Assembly (NCBI GenBank): GCA_027263115.1
Contig: GCA_027263115.1_3656.1
Source of the DNA: a phage
DNA length: 64,000 nucleotides
Direction: 5' to 3' (one strand)
Positions 44,906 through 54,057 of this stretch are shown piece by piece. The notes beneath the pieces are model-generated. The model was not told where the DNA came from. It did no database searches and worked only from the letters and a program-made list of their open reading frames with translations. Positions within the stretch are counted from its first letter, which is position 1. Each line of letters opens with the position of its first letter. The position numbers were made by a program, and so were the translations under genes.

Positions 44906-45486
44906 TAAGCATCTGCGAGATCGGCCTTACCTTGTACCAAATTGATCCCGTCTAGGAACCCAGGTTCAGATACTTCGCAGGCCTTAACCATCAACTTTTT
45001 ATCCATTGTAACAGGTTTCTTCACAGTATGCTCTTTACCTGTCTTTTTGTCAAGCTTTTTCTTCTCCTCAAAAGCAAGTTCTTCAGGAAGATGACTACGA
45101 GCAAACTTTTTGGCAGTTGTTGGTGTCACTGTGTGGACCTTAAACAGGCCGTCATTTTCACAATCAGCTAAGGCATCCCAAAGCATAATTTCAAGACCGT
45201 AAAACAACCCAGCCAGTTCACGTGTGGCATCCCCGCGTGATCCAAAGGAAAGCCCTTCCATAACCACGGTGTCAACGTGATGCGTGTGGATATAATATCT
45301 GACCTGTTTGCAGATCCAGTCAATACGCTCAGCAGCTGTTGCAAAAGAAACCGTCCCTGGTTTCTTCTCTTTTGCAGATGAGCTTTGAGTTCGTAACACA
45401 ACCTTATGAACAGGCTTTCCATCGTCCCATACAACGCAAGCTGTGTGTGTCAACGACTGGTCTATGGATAATAGACGCTCTCTCAT
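44857..45486 (-). CDS. RuvC-like Holliday junction resolvase
   Basis: 209 aa; LSIDQSLTHTACVV (Asp), MEGLSFG (Glu), ADLADAYWIG (Asp) in RuvC-like order. Confidence 0.55.
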   Translation of the reverse strand: MRERLLSIDQSLTHTACVVWDDGKPVHKVVLRTQSSSAKEKKPGTVSFATAAERIDWICKQVRYYIHTHHVDTVVMEGLSFGSRGDATRELAGLFYGLEIMLWDALADCENDGLFKVHTVTPTTAKKFARSHLPEELAFEEKKKLDKKTGKEHTVKKPVTMDKKLMVKACEVSEPGFLDGINLVQGKADLADAYWIGRAHLEGLSQSVK

Positions 45487-45818
45487 GCTTCCTCATCCTC
45501 CTCTCCTTCATCAGGAGCATAAGCCTTATCTTTGAACAAGACGAGAGAGCAAAGCTTAACATCTGTTTCCACACTGGTGAACATGCATAACCGCTCGCCC
45601 TCAATCAACTCACAATCCTCTTTTAAAACAGCAGACCATACACGGTCATCTGCGTAATCATCTGTGTACAGGATGTATGAAATAGTGTCATCTTCATACA
45701 ACCGCCACATACCTGTGGCAACAACGAATGTATTTTTTGTTTTAAGTGTCCCTGTTGTGTGATCATCCTCAAAAACAGCTTCCATAATTGCGTTATCTAC
45801 AGAATTTTTAGTCATCAA
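45483..45818 (-). CDS. acidic hypothetical protein
   Basis: 111 aa, ATGA coupling. Confidence 0.5.
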   Translation of the reverse strand: MMTKNSVDNAIMEAVFEDDHTTGTLKTKNTFVVATGMWRLYEDDTISYILYTDDYADDRVWSAVLKEDCELIEGERLCMFTSVETDVKLCSLVLFKDKAYAPDEGEEDEEA

Positions 45819-46954
45819 ATTGCTCCAACATTTCTAAGAACGTTAACAAGTTTTGTTTGATCATTGAATGTTCGCTTCATATACAAACAGTCAAAAATTA
45901 TACTCATCCATTGACCTACGGAGATTCTACGATCAATACCATTGAAGTCAGTATACTTAACAACACCTTTCGGGAACCACTTCTTGTACTGATCAATAAT
46001 AGCCACCCACATCTCCTTTGGAGTGCTGCACTGAGACAGTAGGTAGAATGCTGAGGCATCTCCGAACTTACCCTTACCGATAAGTCCTTGATACGGCTTG
46101 ATGTTGTCAGCAGAGTCACCACACAGCATTTGGTATCCGAAGAACAGCATTCCGTAACCACCAACCTCTCCATTAGGCTTCATGAAGATGTTCCCCATAC
46201 CGTTATCGATCAGCATAGGGGTTTCCCTTACAAAATCTCCCTTATCGTTTCGCATGGGATCGAACACAAGCCCCGGTAGTGTTCTTTGGTCCTTATCAAT
46301 AGAGATAATAAACTTGTTGAACTTACCTGTTTTTTGGTAGTGGTTCCAACCTTCAAATTGCTGGATAGCTAACCAGTCATCAGCCTCGATACCGTTGATC
46401 ACTTGAGCATTATACTGCTTTTGGAGATACTGTCTTGCATCTCCAAGCAGCAGTGGTCGAAGAGTATTGTTACGGTTGGCTTTATATCTTTCCGGCATGG
46501 GAAGATCTAGTCTGAAATTACCTGTGCCTCCAAGTACCCCCACGCACCGATCTTCCGGAATACCGAGATAATTAAGGACTGCATTAGCTTTACACTTAAT
46601 TGTGTGCAAGCAATTCTCTACAGGATCAGGGGTTTGGATATCCAAGACATCGAAATCTTCTCGTGTCCACGGAATAAACTCCTTGCCAGCCTTTTTACAT
46701 GCAGCTTCACGGTTGGTATTCTCAGCTTTTAACCAACCACCAACGGTGTTCTTCTGCCGCCCCCAGAACTCTGTTCGTGTTTTAAACATCTTCTTACGTC
46801 CGGAGGCTTTGTGTGTTACCTCAATTGTCCTTTTTTCACAACTTGCTGCAGCTTGATATGCAACCTGATCGAAGTCATAATAAACTATAGCGTCAGGTTC
46901 AAGAAGATCAGCCAGACAATCTATGGACTCAATAAGTGGATATTCTCTACTCAA
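45815..46954 (-). CDS. 5'-3' exonuclease / flap endonuclease (FEN family)
   Basis: 379 aa; GIEADDWLA and CGDSADNIKPYQGLIGKG helix-hairpin-helix-like motifs. Confidence 0.65.
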   Translation of the reverse strand: MSREYPLIESIDCLADLLEPDAIVYYDFDQVAYQAAASCEKRTIEVTHKASGRKKMFKTRTEFWGRQKNTVGGWLKAENTNREAACKKAGKEFIPWTREDFDVLDIQTPDPVENCLHTIKCKANAVLNYLGIPEDRCVGVLGGTGNFRLDLPMPERYKANRNNTLRPLLLGDARQYLQKQYNAQVINGIEADDWLAIQQFEGWNHYQKTGKFNKFIISIDKDQRTLPGLVFDPMRNDKGDFVRETPMLIDNGMGNIFMKPNGEVGGYGMLFFGYQMLCGDSADNIKPYQGLIGKGKFGDASAFYLLSQCSTPKEMWVAIIDQYKKWFPKGVVKYTDFNGIDRRISVGQWMSIIFDCLYMKRTFNDQTKLVNVLRNVGAI

Positions 46955-47255
46955 AGACCCTCCTGTTAGTTATTCTGCAAGATGGTTGGATGCTGTAATG
47001 GAATGCATCATCACTCTCTGCAATAAGTGACTCAACATCCCAATACTTTTCAAAAAGGAACGGATTAGACCCCCAGTGGTGGGTTATTTTCATCAAGGAG
47101 TCTGGTATCATATAACCACAGATCTTAATTACATCGCCAGGTTGAATTGTGTTTTCATGAAGGTTACTTGCCTTCTTCAGAATCATACCTTTATGATTCT
47201 CGTTTGCATACAACTGGACAATATCTTTATCTTCAATAATAAAAATTTTAAGCAT
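46947..47255 (-). CDS. hypothetical protein
   Basis: 102 aa. Confidence 0.5.
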   Translation of the reverse strand: MLKIFIIEDKDIVQLYANENHKGMILKKASNLHENTIQPGDVIKICGYMIPDSLMKITHHWGSNPFLFEKYWDVESLIAESDDAFHYSIQPSCRITNRRVFE

Positions 47256-47314
47256 ATCTGGTTCTCCTAGTTTATAGATATCTGACCGATAATATCAGAT
47301 TAATAACACTTTTG

Positions 47315-47608
47315 TCAAGACTTTTTAGTCTTTCTTGGAGAGCTTTTTGTTGATCTTTTCCTTTTGTGGTAGATTCCAAGTGCAGCGTTTTCTTGGGCGC
47401 ACGTTTTAACAGTTCTCAGACAAGAACTTTCAGCTTTAGGCAGGTTTAACTCCCACCAACCAAGCCAGTAAAGTTCTGATTCAGACAACTGCTCAGATTC
47501 AGCCTTCCGATACAAGGCTTGCATACCTCTGATGATATCGTCCAGAGGTGTATCGAATACAAAAGCTGTCTTATCGAATTTCTCTTTTACAGGTCTCTTA
47601 GCCATCAA
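47315..47608 (-). CDS. hypothetical protein
   Basis: 97 aa, basic C-terminus. Confidence 0.5.
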   Translation of the reverse strand: MMAKRPVKEKFDKTAFVFDTPLDDIIRGMQALYRKAESEQLSESELYWLGWWELNLPKAESSCLRTVKTCAQENAALGIYHKRKRSTKSSPRKTKKS

Positions 47609-48062
47609 GGTAACCCTCTATCCACGAAAAGTCAGTCTTCCATTCTGGAACTTTACTAAGCTCACGCCACTCTGCAAAGCAGTCTCGGTAATACGCCTCT
47701 GCCATACCTTTGGTGATCTTATTCACCTTAGCCAACTGATTAACTGCCTGAGCATACTTTCCACGGATATTTGCTAACCCAGGATGCACCGATGTGTGAC
47801 AATCTGGGCACAACGCTATCAGTCCGACAAGCCGGATCACTCCCTCTTCGAAAGTGTAAAGTTCATGACACTCCACTGGGTGTTTGCTGCCTTTACCGCC
47901 GCACACCTCACAGGTGTAGTTGGCTTCTCTATAGCACTTCTTGCGGATCTTATCCCACTCACTCTTCTTTACAGCGTTTCGGAGGTTATTATACCAAGCT
48001 GTTTCTGGGATCAGTTGCACAATAAGCCTGCGTTCAGACTTCATTAAACGTCCGTCTTCCAC
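47598..48062 (-). CDS. zinc-finger protein (possible HNH-like nuclease)
   Basis: 154 aa; CEVCGG...CHELY...CPDCH. Confidence 0.4.
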   Translation of the reverse strand: MEDGRLMKSERRLIVQLIPETAWYNNLRNAVKKSEWDKIRKKCYREANYTCEVCGGKGSKHPVECHELYTFEEGVIRLVGLIALCPDCHTSVHPGLANIRGKYAQAVNQLAKVNKITKGMAEAYYRDCFAEWRELSKVPEWKTDFSWIEGYLDG

Positions 48063-48071
48063 GTATTCTCC

Positions 48072-48278
48072 TCATTCAAAGAAATGGGTGCGAGGGCAGG
48101 AACCTGCCTCTCCTTGTTTCACAAGTTCGTAGAGCTCACCTTGGCTTGTCTCATAAAGGCAAATACGTTTACCATTGTCCCGATATACATCGACAAGATA
48201 CGCTGTTTCACCTGCAGACACGACACCACAGGCCAGACATGCCGCCATGAACAAAATTGCCAACAGAAAATCTTTCAT
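48072..48278 (-). CDS. small secreted or lipoprotein-like protein
   Basis: 68 aa; signal-like MKDFLLAILFMAACLACG; immediately downstream of endolysin. Confidence 0.5.
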   Translation of the reverse strand: MKDFLLAILFMAACLACGVVSAGETAYLVDVYRDNGKRICLYETSQGELYELVKQGEAGSCPRTHFFE

Positions 48279-48341
48279 GGTTAAACCCTCTCAAACATTT
48301 TATGAGGTGACAATACCACGTCCGTGTGGTTATGTCAATGA

Positions 48342-48812
48342 TCAATCCAGGACAACACCGCCTGCCTTTTTAAACACCTCGATCAACTTCTCGATCTTCT
48401 GTTCATGCTGACCATATCCAGCGCCGGGTAACGAAGCCCAGCGGGAACGGCATTTGCGGATAGCTTCGTGGATACGCCCTTCGTCAATGTCGGCGAGAGC
48501 CTTGCACTCACGGATCAGTTGCAACGCAATCTTGTCCTGACTGGCAGGGCCAAAATCTGGTAATCCTAACTGTTTCATGTAGTGTTTAGCAAACTTCTCC
48601 AAAACCTGGTAACGCCCAGCAGCGGAGGAGGTAAGTTTAGCATTTAGCTTAACGTAAACACCTGGATGCTTGCTGTAATCGCTGAACAGCTTGCCGCCGA
48701 CTATGACATCGTACCCCCGATCCTTGGTAGGTTGTCTACCATTATCTGTTCCTTCCGAATATGCGATCATATCCAAGAAAGCTTTTCGTTGAACATTTTT
48801 ATCAAGTTTCAT
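48342..48812 (-). CDS. endolysin, lambda R-like lytic transglycosylase
   Basis: 156 aa; near-colinear with lambda R (QRKAFLDM...SEGTDNGRQ...GYDVIVGG...WASLPGAGYGQ). Confidence 0.9.
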   Translation of the reverse strand: MKLDKNVQRKAFLDMIAYSEGTDNGRQPTKDRGYDVIVGGKLFSDYSKHPGVYVKLNAKLTSSAAGRYQVLEKFAKHYMKQLGLPDFGPASQDKIALQLIRECKALADIDEGRIHEAIRKCRSRWASLPGAGYGQHEQKIEKLIEVFKKAGGVVLD

Positions 48813-48936
48813 TTTTCATACTCTCCAGTTTACTCATAACTAACCCGATCAACAACACTGCATAGTGTGGTTATGTAGGTGCCAATTGAAAAACCATCAT
48901 TCAATTGGCTACCGTTACCTACTAAACCATCCTACA

Positions 48937-50220
48937 TCATTCCAGAACCTCCCAAGTGTCTGGGTTAACATTTCGGACGCAGATACCGACAGGGAATTGG
49001 TAGTTGTTGTCTTCTGTCCTTGCTTGATATTTGAAGGTGACAAACTTGCCGATCATTTCCTGCATCCTGTCATAGCTACGCTCCTCGTGCGTGCCTTTCA
49101 TCTTCATTTTAACAACAACACCTTCCTTGTCAACACAGATAAGAACACCTTCATCATTCTTATCTTTCTCAACGTCAATAACTTTCACCTCTGCGTCGTT
49201 GAACTTTTTCCATTTCAATGCTTCAGATGTTCGCTGACCATACTCATATTTACCACAGAAGTTACGCATAATGGTACCTTCATATCCCTCAGACATAAAT
49301 ATACCAACAGACTCTTCGCACCGATCAACTGTGTATGCAATCTCTGCATCAACAACCTTAATATGATCAAGCATCAAAGAAGCAATAGCACCATTTGCCT
49401 CCATAAGATCCTTACAGCGTCCAGACTCTGTTTCAGGATCCCACCACACCTTATCGCTAGGAATATCGAAAATATGATACTCTAAGTCGTAGCTGCAGTA
49501 CCCTCCGTAACGCAAATCATCACGAACAGGCTCAACATCAACAGGAATGTCCATCTTGTTGAAGTTTTTGTATGTTGCTAAACCTGCTTTAATCGCAGCC
49601 TGACGGCGTTTTTTATCTGCCTTGTAGTCTTTATCGATCTCGGCCTGAATTTCTTCCTGTGTGCGCCACCGTTTAGCAAGAGACACTATTTTCTGCAGAG
49701 GCAGACCATGAATATAGAGCTCTCCGTCGAGCTGTTTAATCCCGGTGGTTAGGTGGAAAGAGCGAAGTTGCTCCAGAAGCTTCCCTTGAATAGGGTAGGA
49801 CTTATTACCACGGGAAATAAATTTAGGCTCACCATTCTGGAAAACAACAAGTAGACGAAGGCCATCTAACTTACGCAAGATCCAGCAAGGTAATTTAAGT
49901 GCCTTGCCACGCTTCAGGTAGTCATGCACCAACATGGGTAAAAGATCAACACCTTGCTCACAATCTTCCATACTCTCCACGTACCCGAGTCGGACCTGTT
50001 TTTCCCACTTACTGATCGCTTCCAGCTCGGCCTGTTGCTCAGCTGTAGTTTCATTAGCGCGACCCACGTTCTTAGGTGTGCAGATCGTCTCTTTGTATTG
50101 CAGTTTACCATCAAGCTTGCCAAACTCTACGATAACCTTATCACCATCCGTGAATACTTTCCACTGTTGGTGGCTGCCATCTTTGTTCAGTGCGTACAGT
50201 GTTGTTTTGATCTGATGCAT
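48937..50220 (-). CDS. ATP-dependent DNA ligase
   Basis: 427 aa; motif I KLDGLR, motif IV EGYEGTIMR, motif V LKWKK. Confidence 0.7.
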   Translation of the reverse strand: MHQIKTTLYALNKDGSHQQWKVFTDGDKVIVEFGKLDGKLQYKETICTPKNVGRANETTAEQQAELEAISKWEKQVRLGYVESMEDCEQGVDLLPMLVHDYLKRGKALKLPCWILRKLDGLRLLVVFQNGEPKFISRGNKSYPIQGKLLEQLRSFHLTTGIKQLDGELYIHGLPLQKIVSLAKRWRTQEEIQAEIDKDYKADKKRRQAAIKAGLATYKNFNKMDIPVDVEPVRDDLRYGGYCSYDLEYHIFDIPSDKVWWDPETESGRCKDLMEANGAIASLMLDHIKVVDAEIAYTVDRCEESVGIFMSEGYEGTIMRNFCGKYEYGQRTSEALKWKKFNDAEVKVIDVEKDKNDEGVLICVDKEGVVVKMKMKGTHEERSYDRMQEMIGKFVTFKYQARTEDNNYQFPVGICVRNVNPDTWEVLE

Positions 50221-50489
50221 TACTCGGCCTCTTCCTTAAAAATGTTAAACATCTCTTCTTTACTCATTACCAGCCAGTCCCCCATAAAATCAACAAGCCA
50301 ATCACCCTGGTACAAGACTAGGTTACCAAACGGCTCTACAAGCTCACACATGCGACGAAGATCTCTGGTCCGAACAGGTGACGATGTAAACACACCTGTA
50401 TCAATCCACCGTTGCAGATCAGATACTGATGAAGAGCTTCCGTCAAACTGGTGTGCTTCTACAGGTTTAGCAAGATTAAATAATGGCAT
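50220..50489 (-). CDS. hypothetical protein
   Basis: 89 aa. Confidence 0.5.
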   Translation of the reverse strand: MPLFNLAKPVEAHQFDGSSSSVSDLQRWIDTGVFTSSPVRTRDLRRMCELVEPFGNLVLYQGDWLVDFMGDWLVMSKEEMFNIFKEEAE

Positions 50490-50784
50490 TGCAGTCCTCC
50501 TTATCTAATAGGTCTTTTATCGGGTAAACAAGCAGGTGTGGATCGTAATAATTTATAGTTTTATTCTGCCACACTATGAACTTAATTACAACTAAATTTA
50601 CCACATCTTTATCTCCATGTAGTCCAACACACAGATTTGTCCATATTTTGTGGTTGAATACTTTGCTGTCGATGTAGATTTTAGTGTCAAACTTATCCTC
50701 TATCCTGCCTATGAGTTTAACCAACTCTTTCATCTGATCCCCAAACACAGCATCGTTTTCAAGATCTCTAGAGTGCTTGTACAT
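50476..50784 (-). CDS. hypothetical protein
   Basis: 102 aa. Confidence 0.5.
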   Translation of the reverse strand: MYKHSRDLENDAVFGDQMKELVKLIGRIEDKFDTKIYIDSKVFNHKIWTNLCVGLHGDKDVVNLVVIKFIVWQNKTINYYDPHLLVYPIKDLLDKEDCNAII

Positions 50785-50809
50785 AACTAACTACCTCACT
50801 GCATACTTT

Positions 50810-50840
50810 CCATAATAAGTAAAGCCGGGTAATCCCGGCT
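50810..50840 (-). terminator. hairpin terminator (minus strand)
   Basis: AGCCGGG-ATTA-CCCGGCT stem followed by T-rich tract on minus strand. Confidence 0.45.
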
Positions 50841-50846
50841 ATGTTG

Positions 50847-51560
50847 TTAAATATACTCTGTTACATCCTTGAAGCTCGAAGGCTTCATGATCTTACCTTT
50901 ACTGTCAAGGAATATGATAACTTTATTACCGTTGTAGAATTCTTCCTTGGCAACAAAACCTTCATATCGACCATCAAAGCGTCGTTCAAGATCTTTAATC
51001 TCCAACTCGATTAGTTGTTCAGCAGGCATATCTGCACTGGCACCGTGTGAATACTGTAGATGGTTGACCCGTGCAAACTTGCTGTCATTCGATTTGAGAA
51101 CCTTACGCATCATCCCGCACACATCGCCGCGAAGCTGGAACAGTAAAGCTGTTGACAACTCCGCTAAGCGGTAAGCTGACGCTCTTTGCTTAGATGTGTT
51201 TTTAGCAGCGATCAGTGTATCATAGAACTCACCGATCTTGAACTTAAGACCTCGTGGATTATCAAACAGGTTTGACCACTTTTCGTGATTGTCATTAACA
51301 AGATAAGCGGCATAACTTGTGACAACGTGAAGATCGCAGGCCTCTTTTAGCAGGTGATCTCCACCATCACCTTTCTCCAGCTCTTCCAAAACTTCATTGA
51401 ACTCTTCCTCAATGAAGCTAAGCTGTAATTCGAACGGTGTGTATGATTTTTTCACTTTAGCTGCCACACGGTTCCAGTTTTCCACCCAGTTGGCAGACCA
51501 AAGGTAGTTTTCAGGTTGGGACAGTTTTTCCAGGTTGTCAATTAATTTGGTATTCAGCAT
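50847..51560 (-). CDS. hypothetical protein (possible MazG-like NTP pyrophosphohydrolase domain)
   Basis: 237 aa; acidic helix FIEEEFNEVLEELEKGD...LKEACDLHVV. Confidence 0.3.
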   Translation of the reverse strand: MLNTKLIDNLEKLSQPENYLWSANWVENWNRVAAKVKKSYTPFELQLSFIEEEFNEVLEELEKGDGGDHLLKEACDLHVVTSYAAYLVNDNHEKWSNLFDNPRGLKFKIGEFYDTLIAAKNTSKQRASAYRLAELSTALLFQLRGDVCGMMRKVLKSNDSKFARVNHLQYSHGASADMPAEQLIELEIKDLERRFDGRYEGFVAKEEFYNGNKVIIFLDSKGKIMKPSSFKDVTEYI

Positions 51561-51573
51561 TAAAGGTCTCCTT

Positions 51574-52335
51574 TTAAAGTTCCATAAAGTTTTCTACGGT
51601 CTCAATGAATGTTTTATCAGAGAAAGCGTCAACCGCCCCGTTAAACCAAACTGGGATGCCGCGATCCTCATACTGGTAAATATCACTACGTGAAATGCCA
51701 TTCTCCTCTAGATGCTGTGAGTCGTATTTGTTAACGATCAGCAGTTTGGTTCCCTTATTGCAGGCAGGGAATAGTTCCCAGTTAAAATTGATAACTGTGT
51801 TGGAACAACCTACAAGGATAACCATATCATTGCTAGTGAGAGAAGTCAACAGGTCATACATGTCTGTATACTTCGGAGCTACTTCTCCGAAGAACACCAC
51901 ATTAGGCTTAACCCAGATATACTTTCCTGCATCTACCTCAGAGTATCCAATGTCCCTAATGACGTTACTTCCTTCATCGTCATCATAGACTATTTCTGGC
52001 AAATACCCGTGGACATGTAGAATATCTTCATGTTTTACACCAGCACGCTCCAGCAAATCATCTACATTGGTGGTAAGATTGATCACACGGCCAGGCCAGC
52101 GGGAATACCACTCAGCGATCCGGAGATGCGCAAGGTTAGGATCAACACTGCCCAGAGCTACACGGCGTGCATTGTAAAAGTCATGCACCTTATAGTAGTT
52201 CTTGGCAAAGGTGTGGATGTTGCACACCTCATCGATGCTGAAATTCTCCCACATTGCAGTGCTACCAGATCGGAAAGTGGGAATACCAGATTCAGCGCTC
52301 AAACCAGCACCGGAGATAATAATCAGTCGTCGCAT
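51574..52335 (-). CDS. Sir2-family NAD-dependent deacylase / ADP-ribosyltransferase
   Basis: 253 aa; GAGLSAESGIPTFR, LTTNVDDL, LHVHGY; no obvious zinc-binding CxxC pairs. Confidence 0.8.
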   Translation of the reverse strand: MRRLIIISGAGLSAESGIPTFRSGSTAMWENFSIDEVCNIHTFAKNYYKVHDFYNARRVALGSVDPNLAHLRIAEWYSRWPGRVINLTTNVDDLLERAGVKHEDILHVHGYLPEIVYDDDEGSNVIRDIGYSEVDAGKYIWVKPNVVFFGEVAPKYTDMYDLLTSLTSNDMVILVGCSNTVINFNWELFPACNKGTKLLIVNKYDSQHLEENGISRSDIYQYEDRGIPVWFNGAVDAFSDKTFIETVENFMEL

Positions 52336-52343
52336 AAGTGTCC

Positions 52344-52694
52344 TCAGTAGATGTTTTGTTTAATCTCTATTCCAAACTTTTTAAACGAGTCAGCTGCAAG
52401 CATGAATTTACGAGCCGCTGATGGATTAGAAGTATGCACGAAAATCTTCACGTTGTCAACTACAGGAGGCTTACCAAATACAAATTTTTCCTCTAACATG
52501 CAGAAACAGTCGTACCCTTCGAAGACTTCTCCTAAATCGCTGTCAAAATGCCACTCAGAAACGCGCCTGTAGAGCTTTCTATTATCGTTAATAAAATCCA
52601 TGAACTCAGAAGAGTTCTTCAGCCAAAGAGCATCTTGGATTCCGTAATTTGACGGATCTCTCAAGTCATCCAGCCACACAATCAACTTCTTCAT
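52344..52694 (-). CDS. hypothetical protein
   Basis: Internal ATG (MKKLIVW) with ATGA coupling to upstream gene. Confidence 0.5.
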   Translation of the reverse strand: MKKLIVWLDDLRDPSNYGIQDALWLKNSSEFMDFINDNRKLYRRVSEWHFDSDLGEVFEGYDCFCMLEEKFVFGKPPVVDNVKIFVHTSNPSAARKFMLAADSFKKFGIEIKQNIY

Positions 52695-53608
52695 TGCATA
52701 TAGTCCTCGTTGTGAAAATAGCAATCAAGTATCTCACGGCGTTCCTGCTCCAGGAGGCAGTTCCACACATCTTCTGTGTAATTGCTACGAATGAAGTTTA
52801 CCATTCCGTAAAACTCTTCGTCAATACGTTTAAAGATATCATCATCCCAAATCTTCCAAGCTTTACCCCTCATTACGGCCTTCCGTGCCAAATAGTATGG
52901 AGACTTGATCTTCAGCTGCAGGTCATAAGGGTAGTAAGGCTTACGGATCATATACCCTTCGCCCATTGTTTCTGCAGCTAATTCTTTTGCATAGCTGAAC
53001 GGGATTTCACGCACAGTGTGAGGACGTTTTGCACCAAGGTATTTGGCAATCCCATCTAAAGCTGCTTCTGGTAGCATTATTCCAGAATCATTATATCTGC
53101 AACCTATCAAATATGCGCCATGGTCTTCTTGAACAATATGCGGATCTGAAGGGTGACAAATTTCAAACATGAATGTCATGTTTTCATTGCCCATAACCTT
53201 CTTGATAAGATCTAAATTACCACATTGCTCCCTGATGGTTTCTTTTGCGAGGTTACAATATGGGGAATCAAGAGACCCGGTTGTTGAGAACAATAGTTCA
53301 CCTTTATGAGATGATACCACACCGAGGAATCCGTTCTTTTTCTCTACCGCAGTAACAAGTTTACTGTCCGGTAGGTTGGTGGAGTTTTCTCCTAAGTTGA
53401 ATACTTTTGTGAAAGGCCATGCCACAACATTCCCCTCATTGCCAACAACAATACCTCGGCACTCCAGTAAACGCGGAGACAAATGCCACAGATCGTTGTA
53501 GAATACTTTTCTGGCATATTTATAGATCTTTAATCCAAGATCTGGATAATACCGACTGGTTACAAGACCTTTGTCTACTAGGTCATCTGCATTAAAATAC
53601 TTCATCAT
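52691..53608 (-). CDS. RNA ligase (Rnl2-like nucleotidyltransferase)
   Basis: Motif I KKNGF, motif IV EGYMIRK, motif V LKIKS; first ATG at 53626 lacks SD, ATG pair at 53608/53605 follows GAGGAA. Confidence 0.65.
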   Translation of the reverse strand: MMKYFNADDLVDKGLVTSRYYPDLGLKIYKYARKVFYNDLWHLSPRLLECRGIVVGNEGNVVAWPFTKVFNLGENSTNLPDSKLVTAVEKKNGFLGVVSSHKGELLFSTTGSLDSPYCNLAKETIREQCGNLDLIKKVMGNENMTFMFEICHPSDPHIVQEDHGAYLIGCRYNDSGIMLPEAALDGIAKYLGAKRPHTVREIPFSYAKELAAETMGEGYMIRKPYYPYDLQLKIKSPYYLARKAVMRGKAWKIWDDDIFKRIDEEFYGMVNFIRSNYTEDVWNCLLEQERREILDCYFHNEDYMQ

Positions 53609-53669
53609 ACGTTCCTCATTTGTCATTTTGTCAGTCTATCCTGCCACACAAATAACCTAGTGTCAACAC

Positions 53670-53698
53670 TTGAAATTAACAAAACAGTTAGGTATACT
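53670..53698 (+). promoter_or_regulatory. sigma70-type promoter TTGAAA-N17-TATACT
   Basis: In the 100-bp divergent region, upstream of the kinase gene. Confidence 0.5.
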
Positions 53699-53726
53699 AT
53701 CATTAAAATTAAAACGGAGGATTGCT

Positions 53727-54050
53727 ATGTCTAAAATGCTATATATCGTGCGTGGTCTGCCAGGGTCTGGCAAATCAACACTGGCAAATGCGCTATCTTT
53801 AGAAGGTCTGTATCCACATTTTGAGAATGACATGTTTTGGTATGACGATGACGGCAATTACAACTGGGATGCAAGTAAAGTAACACTCGCAGCAAAATGG
53901 TGCAAAGATAACGTAGAAGATATGATGCGTATGGGATACGACCGTATCGTGGTTGAAAACCGCCACGGTAATAAAAGCATTCATGATGTTCCAGACAAGG
54001 TTGTGGATCGTATGGAACGCCAGCTTAAAAACTGCATTAAACTTAAATGA
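53727..54050 (+). CDS. polynucleotide kinase-like P-loop kinase (T4 Pnk kinase-domain-like)
   Basis: 107 aa; N-terminus MLYIVRGLPGSGKSTLA parallels the T4 Pnk kinase P-loop; SD ACGGAGGA. Confidence 0.7.
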   Translation: MSKMLYIVRGLPGSGKSTLANALSLEGLYPHFENDMFWYDDDGNYNWDASKVTLAAKWCKDNVEDMMRMGYDRIVVENRHGNKSIHDVPDKVVDRMERQLKNCIKLK

Positions 54051-54057
54051 GGAATGT

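Noticed and set aside
17777-53626. Plus-strand track ORFs nested inside minus-strand genes (e.g. 33394..33624, 36420..36644, 49954..50508)
   Set aside because: They are antisense to well-supported genes (nrdD, nrdA, ligase and others), lack ribosome-binding sites and show no coherent protein features.
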